A stretch of DNA of 32,000 bases from an uncultured Gammaproteobacteria bacterium (GTDB lineage: Bacteria > Pseudomonadota > Gammaproteobacteria > Chromatiales > Chromatiaceae), in the NCBI GenBank assembly GCA_963775335.1, contig CAVZIJ010000003.1, forward strand, positions 1,538,463 to 1,570,462, given 5' to 3'. Both the position numbers and the translations under genes were made by a program. The notes beneath the pieces are model-generated. The model saw only the letters and a list, made by a program, of their open reading frames with translations. It made no database searches and had not been told where the DNA came from. Below, piece after piece: positions 1 through 7,786 of the stretch. The number at the start of each line of letters is the position of its first letter. Position 1 is the first letter of the stretch.

Positions 1-207
1 AACAATCCGCGTGGCCTGTCCTTCGCGGATTTCCAGACGCTGCTGCGTCAGTCGGGTTGGACGCTCGACCATCAGAGCGGCAGTCATCAAATCTGGTATT
101 CGCCCTCCGGGGGGCGACTCTCCATACAGGAACGCCGGGACGGCAAGGCCAAGGGGTATCAGGTCGAGCAGTTCTTAGCACAACGCGATGGAAGCGAGGA
201 GGTTTGA
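1..207 (+). CDS. hicA: HicA-family toxin (mRNA interferase), 5' end cut by window edge
   Basis: Frame 1 is open from base 1 to TGA at 205-207. It reads ..DFQTLLRQSGWTLDHQSGSHQIWYSPSGGRLSIQERRDGKAKGYQVEQF.. The GSHxxW core and small size are typical of HicA. A HicB-like gene starts 2 nt after the stop. Confidence 0.7.
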   Translation, partial: NNPRGLSFADFQTLLRQSGWTLDHQSGSHQIWYSPSGGRLSIQERRDGKAKGYQVEQFLAQRDGSEEV

Positions 208-208
208 T

Positions 209-565
209 ATGGCAGCCAACGACCGTTTTGATGGTTACACCGTGAATCTTTACCTTGATGAGGACGGCGAATGGCTGGCGCACTTTGTCGAGCTGCCCGG
301 CGCCTCGGCATTCGCCGAAACGCCCGAGGCCGCCTTGAACGAGCTGGCCGTGGCATGGGCGGGCATCAAGGAGAGTTACCGCAAGCGCGGCGAGAGCGTG
401 CCCCTCGCGCCGGCGAAGAAGAACTATAGCGGCCAGTTCAATGTACGCATCGACAAGCGCGTGCATCGCGCTTTGGCGATCGAGGCGGCGCAGGCGGGTG
501 TTTCGCTCAACGCCATTATCGCCCAAAAGTTGGCACAATCGGTCGGCCACGACCCTCAACCCTGA
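209..565 (+). CDS. hicB: HicB-family antitoxin with C-terminal RHH-like DNA-binding tail
   Basis: ATG at 209, in frame with track ORF 188..565. The N-terminal part FDGYTVNLYLDEDGEWLAHFVELPGASAFAETPEAALNEL matches the HicB fold pattern. The C-terminal FNVRIDKRVHRALAIEAAQAGVSLNAIIAQKL is RHH-like. It sits immediately downstream of hicA. Confidence 0.7.
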   Translation: MAANDRFDGYTVNLYLDEDGEWLAHFVELPGASAFAETPEAALNELAVAWAGIKESYRKRGESVPLAPAKKNYSGQFNVRIDKRVHRALAIEAAQAGVSLNAIIAQKLAQSVGHDPQP

Positions 566-807
566 TGGGCAGAGCCACCATGAGCGACATCGGCACGCAA
601 GAGCGCAACACCTGGTGGGATGAGATGAGCGCCTACGGCCAGGCCAGGGCGCGCGAGCTTGACCTCTCGCAGGCGGATGTGGAGCCGGCCGTACGCGCGG
701 TACGCCGAAAGCGGCGCAAGCGCCCCACCGCGAGCCCAGGCGCCGATCATCGTGACGCCGGCGTCATGCCCGACCCGGCGCGACGCGGCGAGGGAAACAA
801 CCCATGA
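565..807 (+). CDS. hypothetical 80-aa protein
   Basis: The ORF start overlaps the hicB stop (TGATG at 563-567). Its stop overlaps the integrase start (ATGA at 804-807). No recognisable motif, and high-GC background makes chance ORFs likely. Confidence 0.3.
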   Translation: MGRATMSDIGTQERNTWWDEMSAYGQARARELDLSQADVEPAVRAVRRKRRKRPTASPGADHRDAGVMPDPARRGEGNNP

Positions 808-1790
808 CGGGTGAGATGATCCCCTGCGCACAAGGACAGGCAACCGCGCGGCACACCGTGCCGGCACTCTTCGCGCCCGACCGGGAAGCGGCCCGGCGCT
901 TCGTCGAGTTCTTCACCGCCAACATCCGCAACCCCAACACCCGCAGGGCCTACGCCCGCGCGGCGGCCGAGCTCGCCGCCTGGTGCGAGCAGAACGGCCT
1001 GCGCGAGCTGCGCGACATCGAGCCGGTGCATGTCGCGGCCTATGTCGAGACCCTGCAGACGCGCCTCTCGGCCCCCTCGGTCAAGCTGCACCTGGCCGGC
1101 ATCCGCATGCTGTTTGACTGGCTGGTGGTGGGGCCAGGTGGTCGCCGTCAACCCGGCAAGCTCGGTGCGCGGACCCAAGCACTCGGTCAAGAAAGGCAAG
1201 ACGCCGGTGCTCACCGCCGAGGGGACGCGCGCGCTCCTGGACTCGATTGACCCCTGCTCGCCCGTCGCGCTGCGCGACCCGGCGCTGATCGCGCTCATGG
1301 TCTACACCTTCGCCCGGGTCGGCGCGGCGCGGCGCGGCGCTCAAGATGCGCATCGAGGATGTCTACGTCCAGGGCCGGCGCACCTGGGTGCGGCTGCACG
1401 AGAAAGCCGGCAAACGCCACGAAATGCCCTGCCATCACAACCTCGACGCCTACCTTCACGCCTATATCGACCGCGCGCAGCTTGCCGGCGACGACGGGGG
1501 TTTGGCTGTTTCGCACCGCGCTCGGGCGCACCGGAGGGCTCTCCGAGCGGCCGATGACCCAGGCCAACGCCTACCGCATGATCGCCCGCCGGGCCCGGGC
1601 CGCCGGCATCGCTACTCGGATCGGCGACCACTCCTTCCGCGCCACCGGCATCACCGAGTACCTCAAGAACGGCGACACCCTGGAGATCGCCCAGCAGATG
1701 GCCAATCACGAGAGCGCCCGCACCACCGTGCTCTACGACCGGCGCAACGACCAGGTGAGCCTCGATGAGGTCGAGCGGATCGTGATTTAG
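804..1790 (+). pseudogene. tyrosine recombinase / phage-integrase-family gene broken by three frameshifts
   Basis: The protein can be read continuously only by hopping frames. Segment 1 (frame of 804): FVEFFTANIRNPNTRRAYARA..MLFDWLVVG. Segment 2 (frame of 1030): QVVAVNPASSVRGPKH..LIALMVYTFARVGAA. Segment 3 (frame of 1346): MRIEDVYVQGRRTWVRLHEKAGKRHEMPCHHNL. Segment 4 (frame of 1359): WLFRTALG..IGDHSFRATGITEYL..HESARTTVLYDRR. The catalytic HxxR and Y are present. The shifts look like an extra C near 1133, a 7-nt gcgcggc duplication near 1325-1340, and an extra T near 1500. Confidence 0.8.
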
Positions 1791-2457
1791 GCCAGACCCT
1801 GCCCCACACTCACTCTCGGCTCGGCGGTGTCTCGCGCTCCGACGCTTGGGTGCGGCCCGTCTGGGGCGACGCAGAGTCCTGGTACGCTGCCACGGAACGG
1901 GGATAGTTCTAACGCACGAGCAATTTGTCCGAGATCGGCCAACTCCGGACATCCGGGCGACGACGCCTAGCGCGGCCATGTGGGATTCGTTACGGGTCCT
2001 GTCGCCAGGGTTGACGCCTGCCGCCGGGCGTTGTCATAGTGGCAAAATCGTGGAGGCTAGGAGCGCCAGCCATGGACCACACTAATCTACTCGGCGGAGA
2101 TCACCAGCCGGGCAATCGACATCCCCCTACGATTGACCGTGCTCGATCGCCTTTCGCCCTTGTCGGCAACCCGCCGTCGCGGAAGCTCGGTGACTGGGTG
2201 CCCCCCTGCTGCGGCCATGCCGAGAGAGGAAGGCGCTGGCGAAAAGTGGACATCGACGGCCTATCCTACGGTGCTGGGGGCACCCCTGGTGACCGGGCGG
2301 CGTTCCGGGCACCCTAACTTGGTGTTTCAACGTCGGATAGATTCCTGGGGCCGAAACCCAGGGATGGGGTCTTGCGCTCGAACCTCTGCGCGAGAGACGG
2401 AAAGGCTCCACTCCACTCCACTGAACTGTTAGAAGTCAAGCACAAGCAACATGCTCG

Positions 2458-3057
2458 ATGCAGAGGAAGCCATATCGTAGAGTTGAGTCGTTCAAAGGCG
2501 ATCTTGCGATACAGACTACCCTCCAGATAATCCGCAAGCACGTGATCTTTGGGGATTGTGCCGTGATGTCCCAGGCGCAGTACTTCGATCTCAGATCGGA
2601 GGTGGCAGAGAAGTACGAGGTGCACCCCAACGAAGTCCTGGTTGTAGGTTCGGCGAAGCTGGGCTTCAGCATCGCTCCCGGGAAACGCTATCGACAGTTC
2701 ACGGACACCTCTGACATAGATGTCGTTATCGTATCTGCACGCCTATTCGACCAGATATGGAAAGCGGTCCATCACTACTGGGAACAGGGGGGGTACTGGG
2801 AGCGCTCTGCGCAGTTCAAGGCATACCTGTTCAAAGGCTGGATTCGGCCGGATAAGCTTCCGCCTGCAAGGAGTTTTGAACTGGCCAACGACTGGTGGGA
2901 GTTCTTCAATTTCCTATCATCAAACGGCAAGTACTCCGTATACAAGATTGCCGGCGCGCTCTACCGAGAATGGTATTTTCTAGAAGCATATCAAGGGCGC
3001 GGGGTCTCGGCGTGCGCCGACGAACTGAAAGTGGAGAAGCCCGAACGTGAAAACTAG
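2458..3057 (+). CDS. Pol-beta-superfamily nucleotidyltransferase-like protein (199 aa; start uncertain, alternative ATG at 2566)
   Basis: VVGSAKLGFSIAPGKRYRQFTDTSDIDVVIV fits the hG[GS]..D[h]D[h] minimal NTase signature. The remainder is helical and Trp/Tyr-rich. Its 3' end overlaps the next gene by 11 nt. GC is visibly lower than in the flanks. Confidence 0.55.
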   Translation: MQRKPYRRVESFKGDLAIQTTLQIIRKHVIFGDCAVMSQAQYFDLRSEVAEKYEVHPNEVLVVGSAKLGFSIAPGKRYRQFTDTSDIDVVIVSARLFDQIWKAVHHYWEQGGYWERSAQFKAYLFKGWIRPDKLPPARSFELANDWWEFFNFLSSNGKYSVYKIAGALYREWYFLEAYQGRGVSACADELKVEKPEREN

Positions 3058-4054
3058 CGCAACCAACAGGCGTATCAGAGTTCTTCTGACAGCCATCAAG
3101 GCCTCGTCTCTGGTTCCGCGACCCGAATTCCAGAGGCGACTTGTCTGGACGAACAAGCACAAGCAGGAGTTTATTCGGACAGTCCTCATGGAATACCCCT
3201 TTCCCGAAATCTACGTTGCTGCCGGCGAAGTGAATCCGGACACTGGCGAGGGGAAAGAGATGTTAGTCGACGGGCAACAGCGCGTGACAACCCTCTACCA
3301 GTACTTTTCCGGATCGGATGATCTAAGGCTGGGAGATCTCCGACCGTATGCGGCACTTACTCCCGAAGAGAAGATTGCATTTCTTGAATACGAGGTCGTC
3401 GTTCGCGATCTGGGAAAGAAGACAATTGAGGAGATAAAGGAAGTCTTCACGCGCATCAATTCAACGAAGTACTCACTCAATGCTATGGAAATCCATAACG
3501 CTCGCTTCGACGGAGCGTTCAAGCACTTCGGAGAGGAACTCACACAGCATGCTTTCTTCGACGAGAATAGGGTCTTCAAGACGAACGACATTCGACGTAT
3601 GGGTGACCTTGTCTTCTGCCTCACAATGACGATCACAATGCTGACAACTTACTTCAACCGGGATGACGAACTTGAGGAATTCTTAGAGAAGTACAATGAT
3701 GAGTTTCCGGATGCAGAGCGCATCCGGGATGATATCGAGACTGTATTAGCATTCGTGAACGCTTGCACCTTCGATGCCACGTGCCGTGTATGGCGCAAAG
3801 CGGAGCTGCTAAATGCACTTGTGGAGGCCTACCGCGCGCTTGTGAAGGAGAAAATAGAGCTAGACCCGAAGGAGGTGGGCGCGGAACTCATCAAGTTCTA
3901 CACCAGAGTTGACAGGGCGGGAGGGGAACTTGAAGAAGCTGAACCGGTGACGCAATATTACAAGGCTGCGATCCAAGCAACAAACGATAGGTCCAGCAGA
4001 ATCAAGAGAGGCCAGGTCATCGGAGCCATCATGCGTAACGGAGTCACCTTCTAA
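3047..4054 (+). CDS. DUF262 (ParB/Srx-like NTPase-type) domain protein with no recognisable C-terminal nuclease domain
   Basis: GTG start at 3047 with GGAGAAG 8 nt upstream. N-terminus: EFQRRLVWTNKHKQEFIRTVLMEYPFPEIY...LVDGQQRVTTLYQYF, which is the DUF262 hallmark including DGQQR. The C-terminal ~200 aa are helical, and no DUF1524 / His-Me finger motif was seen. Confidence 0.8.
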   Translation: MKTSATNRRIRVLLTAIKASSLVPRPEFQRRLVWTNKHKQEFIRTVLMEYPFPEIYVAAGEVNPDTGEGKEMLVDGQQRVTTLYQYFSGSDDLRLGDLRPYAALTPEEKIAFLEYEVVVRDLGKKTIEEIKEVFTRINSTKYSLNAMEIHNARFDGAFKHFGEELTQHAFFDENRVFKTNDIRRMGDLVFCLTMTITMLTTYFNRDDELEEFLEKYNDEFPDAERIRDDIETVLAFVNACTFDATCRVWRKAELLNALVEAYRALVKEKIELDPKEVGAELIKFYTRVDRAGGELEEAEPVTQYYKAAIQATNDRSSRIKRGQVIGAIMRNGVTF

Positions 4055-4144
4055 CAAGCTCCTCCAAGTGGCGGTGCACGGCCGGGGGGCTCCTTCGTCA
4101 CCCCGCCCGGACGGCGCAGCTGAGGGCGTCGCTAGCTGCCGGCA

Positions 4145-4216
4145 ATGTCCCCTCGGGGTCGAAGGCAGTCTCTTAGGGGCGGCTTATATTAGAGAGGACT
4201 GAAAGTCTGCTGCCGG
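4145..4216 (+). repeat. copy A of a ~72-bp imperfect inverted repeat (partner at 25987-26059)
   Basis: Copy A: ATGTCCCCTCGGGGTCGAAGGCAGTCTCTTAGGGGCGGCTTATATTAGAGAGGACTGAAAGTCTGCTGCCGG. Reverse complement of 25987-26059: ATGTCCGCTCCGGGTCGATAGCGGTCTTTTAGGAGCGGCTTATATTAGAGAAGGTGGTATGTCTGCTGTCCGG. Roughly three quarters of positions are identical by hand alignment, with a perfect 17-nt core GCGGCTTATATTAGAGA. Confidence 0.8.
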
Positions 4217-4304
4217 CCAATTACCGACATACTCGGCCACTCGGAAATCGTCGTAAAACAGGCGTTATTCTGAAGACGGTGCATATCCCGGGCTCGTCGG
4301 CTAC

Positions 4305-4823
4305 CTACATCCGAACCTTCAGATCCGTTCCGAACCGGACACCGACGATCTGGCAGGCAACACGTAGAAGATCCAGCTTCTTATCGTTGCTCTCGTTGGT
4401 GCCAACATACCACCCAGGCGTGAAGACTTCGGTGAATTTCCACAGCTTCGGTTTCCCAGGATAGACAGCCTCGACAGTGCGAGCGACATAGGGACGTTTT
4501 CGGCCTAGGGCCTTGACGGTTCGACTGTACCGCTCCGGAAACTCCGGAACCAACTCAGCGAAATGCCGGAGGATCGAAACCAGCACCTCGTTGCCGTTTC
4601 GCGCCGAGAATCGCTGACCCCATAGCTCGTAGCCAGTCTCGACCTCCACCGGCAAACATAAGACGGTTGTGGTTCGCGGCGACGGTTGGCCTTCGAGCGC
4701 GCGCTCCATCTTGCCCAGTGTCCGGTTAAACTCGGCCACTTGGGCCCGCAGACTCCGGACCCTTTCTAACATGTCAGTGGCTTTCGGCCCTGGGTTAGTT
4801 TGCATGTGAATATCCTCAGTCAT
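4305..4823 (-). CDS. hypothetical 172-aa protein, third gene of the XRE/DUF4258 operon
   Basis: The start ATG overlaps the stop of the upstream gene (ATGA at 4823-4820). The sequence is protein-like (..YELWGQRFSARNGNEVLVSILRHFAELVPEFPERY..GWYVGTNESNDKKLDLLRVACQIVGVRFGTDLKV). I cannot name a family with confidence. Confidence 0.6.
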   Translation of the reverse strand: MTEDIHMQTNPGPKATDMLERVRSLRAQVAEFNRTLGKMERALEGQPSPRTTTVLCLPVEVETGYELWGQRFSARNGNEVLVSILRHFAELVPEFPERYSRTVKALGRKRPYVARTVEAVYPGKPKLWKFTEVFTPGWYVGTNESNDKKLDLLRVACQIVGVRFGTDLKVRM

Positions 4824-5152
4824 GGATCGAGGTTGTCGGGGAGGTCCCCGTCGGCTCTGATAGCTGGGTGGCGATGCAAGCCTCTTAGAAGACGCTTCTC
4901 AGTCCTGCGTGAAGGGCGGTAGACGGTGACTACGGTCTCGCCGGCAATTACAATGCGGCAGCCGCGCAGTCGCTCCAGTGCAGTGATCTCCCGCTTTCGG
5001 CGACGGATTTCGCGGTCAACATCCCGCGCCAGCAGGAACAAACTGTCATCATCGACTGGCGTTCCAGCAGCGACAATGATCGGAATATCGGATCTGCGGA
5101 TGCCGCGTTGCTGGGCTCTGGCCTCCGCATGTCCGCTCAAAGGGGGGTTCAT
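4820..5152 (-). CDS. DUF4258-like small toxin-type protein (110 aa)
   Basis: The N-terminal LSGHAEARAQQRGIRRSDI matches the H-A-x-x-R-x-x-x-R-G-I motif I associate with DUF4258. It has ATGA stop/start overlaps with both neighbours (5152-5149 and 4823-4820). Confidence 0.55.
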   Translation of the reverse strand: MNPPLSGHAEARAQQRGIRRSDIPIIVAAGTPVDDDSLFLLARDVDREIRRRKREITALERLRGCRIVIAGETVVTVYRPSRRTEKRLLRGLHRHPAIRADGDLPDNLDP

Positions 5153-6123
5153 GACTGATCCTCCTCATTGGCGTTGTCGCCGTCAGAGTTGGCGTCTGCA
5201 GGACTGTCCTGGTCGAAGATGAGGCGTGCAAGCTCAGAAAATCGTCGTTGGTGTTCCTCCTTGGTCGCCGCTTGTTGCTCTACCAGCCATTTCCGGTAGT
5301 CTTCCTCGGTGGCTCCTTCTTTCTTCTCCCAGGCCTGCGAGAGGGCGATGTCACCATCTCGAATCAATTCGAGAACCGGCCGATCCGCTTGATCGCCGGC
5401 GTCGAGTCCGACCGACTGAGCGATGATCTCGATGGGCATGGCGTAATCCGGAGCACACAGATAGTTGGGGACAAACTCCATTGGGTGCCCTTTAAACAGG
5501 CCAAGCGCCTTCAACTCCTTTTCGAGGAAAACGACGAAGGGCGACATCTCCTCTCCACCATAGTCACCGTAGTGCTCGTAGACCTCGCGTTTCTTGAGCG
5601 ACTGTTGCTCCGCGTTGATCCATTCGTCGTCGTCGCGGTAGCGAAAGTCGCCTGGCAGATAGGGCAAGCGCCGGCGGGCGTCGGCAGTAGCGTCCTGCAG
5701 CGCCTGCAAGGTCTCGTCCAGCGCCATCTGCCTGGCTTGTAGGCTGCGTTCAGCCAGGATCAAAAAGGCCAGTGGCGCCAAGTCGATAATGTCCTTTTCG
5801 CGCAAGCCAAAGTACCGTTGCACGAACGTCAGCGCCGTCCGGGCCGATCTTGAGATGCCCTCCTTCAAAGCGACGCGATCATGCAACTTGTGGAACTCTT
5901 TGGAATCGTGAGGGCGTGTGAGCCGCTCCCATTTGACATGGAGTGCGTCGCATAACCCCTTCCGGGTATTTTCACGAATGCGCGAAGTCTGCTGGCCGCG
6001 TTCGTACCGGCTGATCTGGGCTTTGCTGACCTTGCCCTTGCTCTCTTCGGCGAGCCTTTGTTGGGACCAGCCTTGCTTTTTGCGGTAGTGCTTCAGGGCC
6101 TCGGGGTTCAGAGTGGCGGTCAT
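5149..6123 (-). CDS. XRE-family helix-turn-helix protein with a ~250-aa uncharacterised, acidic-tailed C-terminal region
   Basis: Preferred start is the ATG at 6123, with caGGAGacgcgcc upstream. The track ORF begins 15 codons earlier. KHYRKKQGWSQQRLAEESKGKVSKAQISRYERGQ is a classical XRE HTH. The C-terminus has no motif I recognise and ends in a D/E-rich tail. Confidence 0.75.
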   Translation of the reverse strand: MTATLNPEALKHYRKKQGWSQQRLAEESKGKVSKAQISRYERGQQTSRIRENTRKGLCDALHVKWERLTRPHDSKEFHKLHDRVALKEGISRSARTALTFVQRYFGLREKDIIDLAPLAFLILAERSLQARQMALDETLQALQDATADARRRLPYLPGDFRYRDDDEWINAEQQSLKKREVYEHYGDYGGEEMSPFVVFLEKELKALGLFKGHPMEFVPNYLCAPDYAMPIEIIAQSVGLDAGDQADRPVLELIRDGDIALSQAWEKKEGATEEDYRKWLVEQQAATKEEHQRRFSELARLIFDQDSPADANSDGDNANEEDQS

Positions 6124-6154
6124 GGCGCGTCTCCTGCTTGGCGTCGTTATGGAA

Positions 6155-6183
6155 AGAATAGGCGCCAAGAAAGGCTATAGCAA
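6155..6183 (-). promoter_or_regulatory. candidate sigma70 promoter for the XRE operon
   Basis: The minus strand reads TTGCTA (6183-6178), a 17-nt spacer, then TATTCT (6160-6155), about 30 nt upstream of the ATG at 6123. This is a pattern match only. Confidence 0.25.
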
Positions 6184-7094
6184 TGAGCGTTTCATGATCT
6201 CTTGGCCGTTAAAGGTGTACAGCGAGCCTGTTTAACGCATCGTTTTCACGCCTGAAACGATGCTCTGCCGAACCGGCCCAACGCTGTCGCGGCGGCAAAA
6301 CCGAGTAAACGACGCGTAAACACGTCGTTTCGAGGTTGCGGACCACGCGGGACAGAACAACCGGACGGCTTCGCCACCCGTTCCTTAAGGTTGAAACGTG
6401 CGCTCTGACCCGATTGCAGGCGCTCCAGCTCGGGCGGCTGAGGTCCGTTCTGGGTCGAACTCGGTCATCCGGGGTGGAGATCGTGCGATGAGGCAGGGAT
6501 GAGGCGACGCCCCCCGAAGGGGCGACGCAGGGTCGGAGCTCCCAGCCGGGCACCGCAGCACCCTCCTGGCGCGAGACCCAAAGAGCACGGTACAGCGCAA
6601 CCGTGGGGTGGTATGTCGGATGGCGCTAAAGTCTGTGTAGGATTCGGCCCACACACGCCGCCGGCGACCCCTGTGACCGCCTACGACCCCCGTAGAGTTG
6701 CGATCCGTGGGCGAAGGCCCCAACAAAAAGGTCGTTCGACCGGCCTCGCCGTTCGCCACGAAGGCCCAGGCGCCGCTCGCCATGTCCCAGGCGGGACCTG
6801 ACGCCCGATGGGCTCATCTCCTGGGCCGCCAAGAAAACATGGGAACTGCAGGCTAGTGGCGGGCGGGTGTACGAGCCCAGGACCCAGACGGTGGAGGACT
6901 TCGCCGAGGAGTTGCCGCAGGCAATCCCGGGGGGCACAGACGCCGAGAAAAAGCGGTTATTCCCCGGCCGCAGCACGACGACAGGAAGGTCGTCGTGTAC
7001 TTGGAGGGGCATCCTCCGATGGAGCTTGCGGAGGCCACGAAACGGAGCTTGCTGTGATCGAGTGAGGCTGATGGACAAGGAGGTCCATCAACAG

Positions 7095-7775
7095 TCACGG
7101 CTTCCCGGAGGGGGCGGTCGTGGGCGTTTGGAGTCCCGGCCCGGTGGTGGGCTGCTGCTGGCTCTGCGGGGATGGCACACGGGCCACGATGTAGCTTCCG
7201 CCGATGCATGCCCCCCCGGCGAATGCGGCCAAACTGATAAGGCTGGCACCGAGTGCGAGGCGGCGAAAGCGAACCGCTAACCGCTCGAACGCTTTGGCCT
7301 TCGTCTCTGCGGCCGTGGCTTGTTCAGCCCGGGCTGTAACGTCTTCCTGCGTGTTGGCGAATATCCGCATGACGTGATGGGCGACATGCTCGCGCCGCCA
7401 AGTGGCAGCGACCGCGGCACGGTCAAGTGCGAAGAATGCGAAGAAGGCGGTCGACCAAGCGGAAACAAGGCCACCGATAAACAATGCTCCCGTCCACAGG
7501 AGCTGGCCGGCCGCCGCATTCGCCGGAATACCAAAGAGGCCGATGATTGCCGGAATCGCGATCAACGCTCCTCCGTTCAATGTCAAGCTGGCCTTAATCG
7601 CGACTTGTGCATAAGCGTTGGCCGCTTCTTGGTTCGTCGTGATGGGCGCCTGCCACGGGTGAACCGCCGTCCGCCACTCCTCGTTGAGCCACCCACGCTG
7701 CTCACGAACACGACGGATGGGTTCGGGGGAAATGTCGGGCGGAGGTGGTTCTGTCGGTCTGTCGTCCTGCGCCAT
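7095..7775 (-). CDS. hypothetical membrane protein (three predicted TM helices, Pro/Gln/Thr-rich C-terminal tail)
   Basis: Hydrophobic stretches: LNGGALIAIPAIIGLFGI, LLWTGALFIGGLVSAWSTAFFAFFAL and LALGASLISLAAFAGGACIGGSYIV. It starts 11 nt after the HNH gene stop, with a GAGG 10 nt upstream. Confidence 0.6.
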   Translation of the reverse strand: MAQDDRPTEPPPPDISPEPIRRVREQRGWLNEEWRTAVHPWQAPITTNQEAANAYAQVAIKASLTLNGGALIAIPAIIGLFGIPANAAAGQLLWTGALFIGGLVSAWSTAFFAFFALDRAAVAATWRREHVAHHVMRIFANTQEDVTARAEQATAAETKAKAFERLAVRFRRLALGASLISLAAFAGGACIGGSYIVARVPSPQSQQQPTTGPGLQTPTTAPSGKP

Positions 7776-7786
7776 CGATTTGTGCC

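Noticed and set aside
2390-2412. GACGGAAAGGCTCCAC resembling the RNase P RNA GAGGAAAGUCCGGGCUCC motif
   Set aside because: None of the other conserved RNase P regions is present in the surrounding sequence, for example the ACAGAACCCGGCUUA-type block or the GGUAAGAGCGCACC-type block.
4155-4192. Reading the inverted repeats as Tn3-family 38-bp terminal IRs (GGGG...TTAG)
   Set aside because: The similarity between the copies continues about 10 nt outside the GGGG. Copy B starts CGGG, and the inner end is TTAG rather than TAAG. No Tn3-type transposase or resolvase lies between the copies, and the bracketed 21.8 kb includes housekeeping genes (ptsP, norZ).
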